Positions 36,701 through 44,621 of a stretch of 56,684 bases of DNA are shown piece by piece; the stretch's first letter is position 1; each line of letters starts with the position of its first letter. The stretch is from Limosilactobacillus gorillae. Lineage in GTDB: Bacteria > Pseudomonadota > Alphaproteobacteria > CAAGCB01 > CAG-977. The position numbers and the translations under genes are program-made. The notes below the pieces were generated by a model, which saw nothing but the letters and a program-made list of their open reading frames with translations, was not told the origin of the DNA and did not search any database. Location: positions 1 through 56,684 of the forward strand of contig CAVCSV010000010.1 of the NCBI GenBank assembly GCA_963604715.1, written 5' to 3'.

Positions 36701-37663
36701 TCATTTTCCCGTTTTGGCGGGAACGACAAAAATCTGATTCGGATAAATCAAATCGGGGTTTTTGATTTGTTTTTTGTTCGCGCGGTAAATGGTGACGTAA
36801 GCGTTGCCGCGGCCGTAAACGAATTTCGCGATTTTCCACAGCGAATCGCCTTTGACGACGCGGACGCGCCGCACATTGTCGGCGTCCATGCCCGCTTCGA
36901 TTTCGAACGGCACTTCGATGCGTCCCGCAACCTGTCCGTTTTCGTCCGTTTGGTCGGCGCGAATCGTGTACTTCATGCCCGCCGTGATTGTGTAAGCGGA
37001 TTTCAGCGCCCATTTGCCCGCTTTGTCCGCGCGCGTGCCGCCGATGAACGTGTTGTTGACATAGACGTTGATTTTTCCCGCTTCGCGAACGTTGCCGGCG
37101 ATTCTGAACGAACCGTCCGCATAATTGACGGATTGAATGTCAATCAGCGCTTCAACGGGTTCGGGAGCCTGCAAAATGGTTACTTCTTCGGCATCCGAAG
37201 ACAGCAAAACCGCCAAAGCTTCCGCGCCGTTCGCGCGTTCGGGAACGGTGACGACGACGACTTCGGATTCGTTTCTGGCGTTGTTGGACGAATCGCGCAG
37301 CCACAATTCATGATCGCCCGCGGGCAGAGGGGATTCGGGGACGTACACCCATTCGCCGTCGGCATTGACTTTGACGACCGTCAGCACCGAATCGCCGTCC
37401 ATCAAGGATATTTCTTCGTCGGGCGCGCCTTTGCCCGCGGCAACCATGGTGCCGTCCTCTTCGACGCGGACGATGTCGAAAGCGGCTTTGACAATATCGG
37501 GAACGTTGTTTTCCAAAGCGGGGAATCCGTTGTCGGCAGATTCTTCGATAATGGGGGAAACGGGTTCAAAATCGGCGGATTTCTTGGGTTTCCCGAACAG
37601 CAAAAAGGCGGCGGTTATTAAAACGATTGCCGACAGAATCAAGAAAACAACATTTTTTTTCAT
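36701..37663 (-). CDS. LysM-domain peptidoglycan-binding protein with an N-terminal membrane anchor
   Basis: The N-terminal TM segment is VVFLILSAIVLITAAFLLF. The C-terminal LysM reads VRVVKGDSLWKIAKFVYGRGNAYVTIYRANKKQIKNPDLIYPNQIFVVP. Confidence 0.8.
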   Translation of the reverse strand: MKKNVVFLILSAIVLITAAFLLFGKPKKSADFEPVSPIIEESADNGFPALENNVPDIVKAAFDIVRVEEDGTMVAAGKGAPDEEISLMDGDSVLTVVKVNADGEWVYVPESPLPAGDHELWLRDSSNNARNESEVVVVTVPERANGAEALAVLLSSDAEEVTILQAPEPVEALIDIQSVNYADGSFRIAGNVREAGKINVYVNNTFIGGTRADKAGKWALKSAYTITAGMKYTIRADQTDENGQVAGRIEVPFEIEAGMDADNVRRVRVVKGDSLWKIAKFVYGRGNAYVTIYRANKKQIKNPDLIYPNQIFVVPAKTGK

Positions 37664-37693
37664 GGCGTAATCCTAAAAAGTTAAAAAAGACTC

Positions 37694-37722
37694 TTGCACA
37701 GTCGCGGATATAGTGCTATAGG
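37694..37722 (+). promoter_or_regulatory. Putative sigma70-type promoter for tRNA-Pro
   Basis: TTGCAC (37694-37699), a 17-nt spacer, then TATAGG (37717-37722), 16 nt before the tRNA 5' end. Confidence 0.35.
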
Positions 37723-37738
37723 CTTTTACACACCTTGT

Positions 37739-37815
37739 CGGAGTGTAGCTCAGCTTGGTAGAGCACTACGTTCGGGACGTAGGGGTCGTAGGTTCAAATC
37801 CTATCACTCCGACCA
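37739..37815 (+). tRNA. tRNA-Pro (anticodon CGG)
   Basis: A cloverleaf can be read by hand. The acceptor stem is CGGAGTG/CACTCCG, followed by discriminator A and an encoded CCA. The D-arm is TAGCTCAGCTTGGTAGAGCA. The anticodon stem is CTACG/CGTAG with loop TTCGGGA. The T-arm is GGTTCAAATCC. Confidence 0.93.
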
Positions 37816-37816
37816 A

Positions 37817-37856
37817 ATAAAGAAAAGCCCCTTTTTGAAAGGGGCTTTTCTTTATT
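37817..37856. terminator. Bidirectional intrinsic terminator
   Basis: aaagaaaagcccctt tttgaa aaggggcttttcttt is a long perfect stem with A/T runs on both sides. Confidence 0.8.
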
Positions 37857-37873
37857 TGAATTGGGGTGTCGAT

Positions 37874-38572
37874 TTATTTCAAATTCAACAGCTTTTCAAG
37901 TGCCGCCGTCATGGCGTCGGGGTTTTCCAGCGGCGGAAAATGTCCGCTGTGTTCAATGACAATCCGTTCGGCGTTCGGAATTCGCCGCGCCATATCGTCC
38001 ATAATCGCGGGAGTGGACAGCTTGTCCAGTTTGCCGCCGACGACCAGAGTCGGACAGATGATTTTTGCCAGCAAATTCCGTGAATCGGGGCGCGACATAA
38101 TCGTTTTCTGTTCGTTGACGTAGCCTTGCAGTCCCGTTTCGAAAACCATTTTCGGCAGCAGCTCTTTTATCGGCGGCTTGTCGCGGTTTTCAGGGGAAAG
38201 AACGGAAAATTGCGACGATTCGACAATGCTTTCCAATCCGTCGTTTTGCGCGCGGGCAATCATCACGGCGCGGTTTTTCGACGATTGTTCCGTTTCCCCG
38301 AACGGGTTGGTGTCCGTCAGGCAAAGGGCTTCGATGCGGTCGGGCGCTTGGCGCATCAGTTCGAAAGCGACATAGCCGCCCATCGAAATCCCGCACAGAC
38401 AGAACTTTTCGGCGGGGATTTCGGACAAAATCCGCTTTGCCGCCGCCGTTATGGTCGTATCGCGGCTCAAATCGGGGACGATAATGGTTGCGCGGTCTTT
38501 CAACGCCGCGATTTGCGGGGAAAACAGCCCGCCGTTGCACAGCAGGGCGGGCAGCAGGACAAGCGTTTTCAT
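37874..38572 (-). CDS. Alpha/beta-fold hydrolase
   Basis: The nucleophile elbow is GISMGG and the C-terminal motif is HSGHFPPLENP. The start was chosen at the ATG at 38572 (MKTLVLLP), overlapping the upstream stop. Confidence 0.8.
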   Translation of the reverse strand: MKTLVLLPALLCNGGLFSPQIAALKDRATIIVPDLSRDTTITAAAKRILSEIPAEKFCLCGISMGGYVAFELMRQAPDRIEALCLTDTNPFGETEQSSKNRAVMIARAQNDGLESIVESSQFSVLSPENRDKPPIKELLPKMVFETGLQGYVNEQKTIMSRPDSRNLLAKIICPTLVVGGKLDKLSTPAIMDDMARRIPNAERIVIEHSGHFPPLENPDAMTAALEKLLNLK

Positions 38573-39120
38573 CAGCGCACCAGTTTTTGCTGGATTTCTT
38601 TGAATTCGGGCGTTCCCGCTTTGCGCAGCCACTCAAACAGCACCATTTCCACGGTGACCAGACCGATGCCTTCGTGCAGCAGGCGGCGTTCGGCGGCGTC
38701 CTCGCTTTCTTTCGCGCGGCTGCCCGACGCGTCGGCGGCGACGAACACGTCATAGCCCGCTTCTTTCAGTTCGATTGCGGTTTGCAGAACGCAAATGTGT
38801 TCCTCGACCCCCGCAAGGATAACCTGCTTTTTGTTCAGCGATTTGAACGCTTGGGCAAAGTCGGGATTGCGCAGGGCGGACAGTTCCGTTTTTGCGACAA
38901 AAGGCGTGCCTTCCGCCGCCGCGTCGCGGATGTCGAACATCGACGCGCCCAATCCTTTGGGGTACTGTTCGGTAACAATGGCGGGAATGTGCAGGATTTG
39001 CGCGCCTTTCAGCAGGCGAGCGCATCCGTCGATGATTTCGCGCGGCGAATTTGCGGCGGGGGCAAGACGTTCTTGAACGTCGATAATCACCAGACAGGAC
39101 GTATCTTTGTTAATAAGCAT
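38572..39120 (-). CDS. Isochorismatase-family cysteine hydrolase
   Basis: Motifs are LVIIDVQE, K..L and ILAGVEEHICVLQTA (catalytic Cys region). Confidence 0.85.
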   Translation of the reverse strand: MLINKDTSCLVIIDVQERLAPAANSPREIIDGCARLLKGAQILHIPAIVTEQYPKGLGASMFDIRDAAAEGTPFVAKTELSALRNPDFAQAFKSLNKKQVILAGVEEHICVLQTAIELKEAGYDVFVAADASGSRAKESEDAAERRLLHEGIGLVTVEMVLFEWLRKAGTPEFKEIQQKLVR

Positions 39121-39197
39121 ATTGTCGTTTTCCTTTTTTTTGTATATAACTCTGTTTCAGTTCTGACACATTTTTAACGGATTGCAAAGAAAAGATA

Positions 39198-40628
39198 ATG
39201 AAATTTTCCGATTTGGGACTCAGCGAAAACACGCTGAAAGCGGTGGCGGACATCGGTTATACCGAAGCGACGCCCATTCAAGAAAAAGCCATTCCCGAAA
39301 TTTTGAAGCGCAACGACGTTATCGGCATCGCGCAGACGGGGACGGGCAAAACGGCGGCTTTCACATTGCCGATGATTGATTTGTTGGCGAACGGCAGGGC
39401 GAAAGCGCTGATGCCGCGTACGCTGATTTTGTCGCCGACGCGCGAACTGGCGACGCAAATCGCCGAATGTTTCCAGCAGTACGGCAAATATCAAAAGCTG
39501 TCCATGGCTTTGCTTATCGGCGGGGAATCCATGGTGGAACAGCAAAAAATCCTCAGCCGCGGGGTGGACGTGTTAATCGCGACGCCGGGGCGCATGATTG
39601 ATTTGTGCGAACGCGGACGCATTTTGTTGCGCGACGTGCAGGTGTTCGTTTTGGACGAAGCCGACCGCATGCTGGATATGGGCTTTATTCCCGATATTGA
39701 AAAAATCGCGGCGAAACTGCCCGCCATGCGCCAAACGCTGCTGTTTTCGGCGACCATGCCGCCCGAAATCAAGGCGCTTGCCAAGAAATTCATGAAATTC
39801 CCCGTCGACGTGCGCGTCGATCCGCCCGCTTCGCCCGCCGTAACGGTAACCCAATACATCGTCAAATGCCGCAAGGACGACAAACGCCCTGTTTTGCGCG
39901 CTTTGGTGCGTTCCGAAAACGTGCACAACGCGATGATTTTCTGCAACCGCAAAACCGACGTGGATATTCTGTACAAATCCTTTACAAAACACGGCTTTTC
40001 GGTCGCGGCTCTGCACGGCGACATGGCGCAGGGGCAAAGAACGGACACGCTGAACGCTTTTCGCGACGGACAGGTGCAGTTGCTGGTGTGTTCCGACGTT
40101 GCGGCGCGCGGGCTGGATTTGCCCGATGTGTCGCACGTGTTCAACTTTGACGTTCCGTTCAACTCCGAAGACTACATTCACCGCATCGGGCGCACGGGGC
40201 GCGCGGGGAAATCGGGGCGCGCGTTTATGCTGATTACGTCCGCCGACTTCAAAGCTTTGGCGCAGATTGAAAAGATGATTGGTCGGAAAATCGAGGAATT
40301 GCCCGACTTTTCACCCGAAAGCTCGCCCGTTTTGAACGAAGAGCTGGAAAAGGCGGAACGCAAAGCCGAGCGCAGACGCCGTCGCGGCGGTCGCGGACAC
40401 GGCGAAAAACGCGCGGAAAAGCACGAGGAAAAACGCGATGCCGAAGTTAAAACTGCCAAACCCGAACAGGCTCGGTCGGAAAAGCGGGTAAAACGTCCCG
40501 CAAAACAGGATGTAAAACCTGCGAAGCAAAACGCGAAACCCGCCAAACCGCAGGGTGAAAAGAAAAAGCCGCACCCCGTTTTCGGCAATCAACTGCCTGC
40601 ATTCATGCTGAACGAGGTCAAGCTGTGA
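39198..40628 (+). CDS. DEAD-box ATP-dependent RNA helicase (RhlE-like) with a basic C-terminal tail
   Basis: The Q-motif region is followed by AQTGTGKTAAF, PTRELA, LDEADRMLDMGF, SAT and HRIGRTGRAG. The tail is K/R/E-rich. Confidence 0.93.
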   Translation: MKFSDLGLSENTLKAVADIGYTEATPIQEKAIPEILKRNDVIGIAQTGTGKTAAFTLPMIDLLANGRAKALMPRTLILSPTRELATQIAECFQQYGKYQKLSMALLIGGESMVEQQKILSRGVDVLIATPGRMIDLCERGRILLRDVQVFVLDEADRMLDMGFIPDIEKIAAKLPAMRQTLLFSATMPPEIKALAKKFMKFPVDVRVDPPASPAVTVTQYIVKCRKDDKRPVLRALVRSENVHNAMIFCNRKTDVDILYKSFTKHGFSVAALHGDMAQGQRTDTLNAFRDGQVQLLVCSDVAARGLDLPDVSHVFNFDVPFNSEDYIHRIGRTGRAGKSGRAFMLITSADFKALAQIEKMIGRKIEELPDFSPESSPVLNEELEKAERKAERRRRRGGRGHGEKRAEKHEEKRDAEVKTAKPEQARSEKRVKRPAKQDVKPAKQNAKPAKPQGEKKKPHPVFGNQLPAFMLNEVKL

Positions 40629-41332
40629 ACCGAATTTTGACGGATTTGCCGCTGACGACGTATGCGGTTTTGCCCGATGACGGCAAAATCGACGGCGCGG
40701 CGGTGATTCTGCACGGCTACGGGTCGGACGGGCGCGATATGGCGGGGCTTGCCGATGTGTTGAAAGACATTTTGCCGCACGTCGCCTTTTATTGTCCGAA
40801 CGCGCCCGAGGCTTTGCCGTTCGGCGGGTTTGAATGGTTCGCTTTCGACGATTACGATCAAAGCAGGATTTTCGATGAACAATGGGGGTTGGCTTTTTTA
40901 AACAAACTGACGCCCCGCATCGAAAAAATCATGCCCGTTATGCACGCTTATTTGGCGGCGGTGACGAAGCATGCGGGCGTCAAAGCGGAAAAAACGGCTT
41001 TGGCAGGATTCTCGCAGGGCGGCGGAACCGCGCTGATGACGGCGCTGACGTATCCCGAACAAGTCGCGTGCGCGGTCGGCATGTCGGCGGTGCCGCTGAT
41101 GGCGGACGGCGGCTTTACCCCCGACAAAGTGCGGTCGAAACCGCCCGTAACGCTGGTTCACGGCGACGCGGACAATGTTTTGCCTTTGCGCGCTTTTGAA
41201 ATCGGCAAAGCGAATTTGGAAGCGGCGGGGATTGACGTTGACGGTTTCGTCATTCCCGATTTGATGCACGGCATCGACCGGACCGCTTTGTCGGTTTTGG
41301 CGAACGCGCTGTTCAAGGCGTTGAAAAAATAA
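40625..41332 (+). CDS. Phospholipase/carboxylesterase-family alpha/beta hydrolase
   Basis: The ORF starts with GTG. Motifs are the GFSQGG nucleophile elbow, VHGDADNVLP, and the catalytic His region DLMHGI. Confidence 0.8.
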   Translation: MNRILTDLPLTTYAVLPDDGKIDGAAVILHGYGSDGRDMAGLADVLKDILPHVAFYCPNAPEALPFGGFEWFAFDDYDQSRIFDEQWGLAFLNKLTPRIEKIMPVMHAYLAAVTKHAGVKAEKTALAGFSQGGGTALMTALTYPEQVACAVGMSAVPLMADGGFTPDKVRSKPPVTLVHGDADNVLPLRAFEIGKANLEAAGIDVDGFVIPDLMHGIDRTALSVLANALFKALKK

Positions 41333-41335
41333 TCG

Positions 41336-41366
41336 AAAAAGAGCGTCAACGCGCGCTCTTTTTTAT
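41336..41366 (+). terminator. Intrinsic terminator separating the housekeeping genes from the T4SS operon
   Basis: aaaaagagcg tcaacgcg cgctctttttt, followed by atttttg. Confidence 0.7.
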
Positions 41367-41409
41367 TTTTGTAAGGTATTTTTAACGAAATAAGGGCAAT
41401 ACTTAAAGA

Positions 41410-42099
41410 ATGGAAAAAAGTATGCCTACAGCGAACGCACGCGCAAAACCGACCCAACGACACGCCGCAAAACCTGCGGCGGACAGCGGATTCAACCGTT
41501 GGCTGTCGCGTGTTTTCGCCGTGATTTGCTTCGCTTTGACGGCAACGCTGACCGTGTTTTCGCTGTCGCTGTTGCACTTGACGGGCGAAACGGAGGTTGA
41601 CGCCGTGTTGGCGACTTCGCCGACGTATTCCGAAAATCTGGCGTATTTCGACCCTCTGCATCCCGAAATGCCCGCAATGGACATTTTGTCCGAAATGTTC
41701 GTGCGCCAGTTCATCACCGTTGCGAACACCGTTTACAAAGATCCGCACGAAATGTTGCGCATGTGGGGCGGCAGCGGCATTGTCCGCTATATGTCGTCGC
41801 CGAAAATTTACGGCGAATTCTGGGACAGGGTCAGCCATACCTACTTTGACGGCGAAAATCCGCCGAAAATCACGATGGAGCCGCACATTCGCCGCATTTT
41901 GAAAGAAGGCTGGAACAACTGGCAGATTTTTTTCGAAACGCGGACGATGCGTTCGAACATCGACAAACCGAAAATCGATTACTGGATTGCAACGATTCAA
42001 TTCAGGTATTATTCTTACAACGCCGTGATGTTCAGACGACTGCGCAATCCGATGGGCTTTACGGTAACCCAATACCACTTGGCGCGGCAAAAAAAGTAG
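41410..42099 (+). CDS. virB8: VirB8-family T4SS inner-membrane protein, paralogue 1
   Basis: A short cytoplasmic N-terminus is followed by one TM segment (VFAVICFALTATLTVFSLSLL) and a periplasmic NTF2-like region. The C-terminus has the VirB8-typical motif WIATIQFRY...RNPMGFTVTQY. Confidence 0.75.
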   Translation: MEKSMPTANARAKPTQRHAAKPAADSGFNRWLSRVFAVICFALTATLTVFSLSLLHLTGETEVDAVLATSPTYSENLAYFDPLHPEMPAMDILSEMFVRQFITVANTVYKDPHEMLRMWGGSGIVRYMSSPKIYGEFWDRVSHTYFDGENPPKITMEPHIRRILKEGWNNWQIFFETRTMRSNIDKPKIDYWIATIQFRYYSYNAVMFRRLRNPMGFTVTQYHLARQKK

Positions 42100-42103
42100 A
42101 AGG

Positions 42104-42310
42104 ATGATGACGATGACAAAAGATTCGATAAAAAAAGCGTTGCTGATTTCCGCGCTGACAATGACGCTGAGCGCCTGCGGATCCATTTATGAAAAGGAAC
42201 CCGTCGGCGTCGGCAAGGACATTTCCGAATTGAAACGGTCGCCCTGCGCGTGCATGATGCTGAAACTGCCCGCGGGATTGCCCGATTGGATGCTGAACGC
42301 GCAAGGATAA
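42104..42310 (+). CDS. virB7: Small lipoprotein in the VirB7 position
   Basis: The 68-aa ORF has a lipobox LSAC|GS. It sits between two virB8 genes with 4-nt gaps on either side. The assignment rests on size, lipobox and position only. Confidence 0.5.
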   Translation: MMTMTKDSIKKALLISALTMTLSACGSIYEKEPVGVGKDISELKRSPCACMMLKLPAGLPDWMLNAQG

Positions 42311-42314
42311 ACCG

Positions 42315-43094
42315 ATGGCAAGACCGATTAAACGACAGCCCGTTGCTTTGAAAAAAGAAACCGCCGCCCCCGCTCCCGAAAAAAGCGATGCGGACGAAGC
42401 GGTTTCCGTCAAAGCGCGGAAAAAAACGCCGCAGATGCCGTCGGACGACGAATTGTCCGTCGATTTGCTGCGCGAACGCCGCTATTTGTGGACGGCGCGC
42501 GCTTTCGCGATTGTGTCGGCGGTGGCGCTGTGCGTCAATCTGGTTTTGATGATTGCCATGTTCAACCTGATGCCGCTGAAGCGGGTCGAACCGTTTTTGC
42601 TGACGTTCCAAAGCAAAGCCGACCAAGTCGTGCGCATTCGTCCGCTGTCCCGCGATTTGGGCGCCGAGGATTTGCTGACCGAAGCCATGATTCGGCAATA
42701 CGTCCTGTTGCGCAACACGATGATTGCCGACGTTGACGAAATGGCGTTCCGATGGGGCAACGACGGTCCTTTGCGCTGGATGTCGTCGCCCAACGTTTAC
42801 AAACAATTCGCCAAAACGGTCAAAGACTGGCTGGCGCGCATCAAGCTGGAGGGACTGACCCGCGAAGTGCGCATCGAATCCGTTGTCCGTCAGCAGGACA
42901 TCTGGATTGTTTACATTATGACGCGCGACATGCTGCCCGAAGCGGATCAGCCCGTGACTCAGCGTTGGCGCGTCAAGCTGAAAGTCCGCTACTTCGCAAT
43001 GCAGTCGAAAAACGAAGTCAAGTATGCCGACCGACTGAAAAACCCGCTGGGGTTCGTCGTTTTGGCTTACGCAATCGAAAGTGCTAATGATTAA
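42315..43094 (+). CDS. virB8: VirB8-family T4SS inner-membrane protein, paralogue 2
   Basis: One TM segment (AFAIVSAVALCVNLVLMIAMF) is present. The C-terminus reads WRVKLKVRY...KNPLGFVVLAY. Confidence 0.8.
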   Translation: MARPIKRQPVALKKETAAPAPEKSDADEAVSVKARKKTPQMPSDDELSVDLLRERRYLWTARAFAIVSAVALCVNLVLMIAMFNLMPLKRVEPFLLTFQSKADQVVRIRPLSRDLGAEDLLTEAMIRQYVLLRNTMIADVDEMAFRWGNDGPLRWMSSPNVYKQFAKTVKDWLARIKLEGLTREVRIESVVRQQDIWIVYIMTRDMLPEADQPVTQRWRVKLKVRYFAMQSKNEVKYADRLKNPLGFVVLAYAIESAND

Positions 43095-43106
43095 AGAGGG
43101 TGTGCC

Positions 43107-44621
43107 GTGCAGAATAACAAAACAATTCGCCTGTTTGCTTTGGCTTTGACGATGACGGTTGCCGTTCCCTGCGGTGTTTCGGCTCAGCAGTCCGCCGCGC
43201 GCGAATCCATGGATGCCGCAATCGAACAGTCCAACGGGGATTATTCGGAAATCGACATGCCCTATTTGTGGTCGCTGGGCATGCAGCAAAAGGCATGGAA
43301 CAAACCGCTGGAACATCTGGGCGAAGGGCAGTCCAAGCCGGGGTATTCGCGTTATTTCTGGTCGCCCGATTTGGTGTTGCCTTTGCGTATCCGCGAAGGG
43401 ATGCACACCTTAATCAATTTCCCGTCGTGGGAATTCATCGACAACGTGTTTTTAGGCAACGAAAGCGCTTTCGGGGCGCAGAAAGTCGCGCCGAACGGGC
43501 TGATGGTGTTCGCCAACAATCCCGAACTGGTCGGCATGGATACGAATATGATTGTGTTCGGCAGATCGGGCAACCGCTATGTGTTCTATTTGCGCAGCGA
43601 AACGTTCAACGCGGACAGAATCACCAACGCCGTGGTCGACATTATCGTCAACGACGACAAATATGTGCCTGATGATTCGGGCAAAACGCCCTTTGCGTCG
43701 GGTACGGTCGGCGGCGGGGCTTCCCCTGCGGGCGCAGTTGCGGGACAAAACGGGAAAAAGGGCAAAAAACTGAAATTTTTCGACCCGATGAACGATTGGC
43801 TGGAAGATTTGGACGTCGACCCCGAAAAACTGAAATTCGACATCGACGTTTTCATTCCCAATCCCGAAGATATGGAAATCGCCCCCGAACGCGTGTGGCG
43901 CGACGAAATTTTCACTTACATCGATTTGGGACCGAAAGCGCTGACGATGCTGCAGCGTCCGATTGTCAACCTGCTGGTTCAGGGCAGCGAAGTGCCCGTC
44001 GGATTCAGAACTCGCGGTCCGAACGGTCGGCTGATTGTGGTCGAGGGCATCGGGGATTTGGTTCTGCGCAACGGCAAACGCCTGTTGTGCCTGAAAATCC
44101 GCAAGGATCCGAGCTTCGGAACGGATTGGGTCGAATATGAAAAATCCGTTCAGCCCGCTTACACGCCCGCGCCGATGCGCACGCCGGGAGTGGCGCCGAT
44201 GGGCGCGAACGCGGTTGCGAACGAACAGGCGGCTCAGCAAATGGCGCAGCAATCCATGCAAAACAGGATGATGCGTCAGCAAATGGCGGACAATATGTCT
44301 TTGACGGGGATGAACGCGCAGATGTCGGCGTCGTTTGCGAACCGCTACCGCCGCGCCGCCGCCGAATCGATAGCCATCGAGCTGGGGGCGGATGCCGAAA
44401 TTTCGGCTTTGGAACAAAAATGGGATAACATTTACCGCAAAAACAAAGATTTGTTGGCGAACTTCGAACCGTATTATTCGGTCGACGCCGTCGCGGAAGG
44501 CGAAACAAGCGATTTGTTCCGTCTGCGCATCGGACCCGTCGGATCGATTAAAGACGGCGACAAACTTTGCGGACAGCTGGGTCGGCGCGGTGTCACCTGT
44601 ATCGTGGTGCGGACGCAATGA
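43107..44621 (+). CDS. virB9: VirB9/CagX/TrbG-family T4SS outer-membrane core protein with a C-terminal SPOR-like domain
   Basis: The ORF starts with GTG after an aagaggg RBS and encodes a signal peptide. VirB9 N-domain-like sequence is TNMIVFGRSGNRYVFYLRSE, and C-domain-like sequence is VWRDEIFTYIDLG...LIVVEGIGDLVLRNGKRLLCLK. The last ~80 aa are SPOR-like (LFRLRIGPVGSIKDGDKLCGQLGRRGVTCIVVR). Confidence 0.8.
   Translation: MQNNKTIRLFALALTMTVAVPCGVSAQQSAARESMDAAIEQSNGDYSEIDMPYLWSLGMQQKAWNKPLEHLGEGQSKPGYSRYFWSPDLVLPLRIREGMHTLINFPSWEFIDNVFLGNESAFGAQKVAPNGLMVFANNPELVGMDTNMIVFGRSGNRYVFYLRSETFNADRITNAVVDIIVNDDKYVPDDSGKTPFASGTVGGGASPAGAVAGQNGKKGKKLKFFDPMNDWLEDLDVDPEKLKFDIDVFIPNPEDMEIAPERVWRDEIFTYIDLGPKALTMLQRPIVNLLVQGSEVPVGFRTRGPNGRLIVVEGIGDLVLRNGKRLLCLKIRKDPSFGTDWVEYEKSVQPAYTPAPMRTPGVAPMGANAVANEQAAQQMAQQSMQNRMMRQQMADNMSLTGMNAQMSASFANRYRRAAAESIAIELGADAEISALEQKWDNIYRKNKDLLANFEPYYSVDAVAEGETSDLFRLRIGPVGSIKDGDKLCGQLGRRGVTCIVVRTQ

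Noticed and set aside
41158-42186. A 342-aa minus-strand ORF spanning the esterase 3' end, the terminator and virB8 paralogue 1
   Set aside because: It crosses a strong intrinsic terminator and is antisense to two supported genes. It has no motifs.
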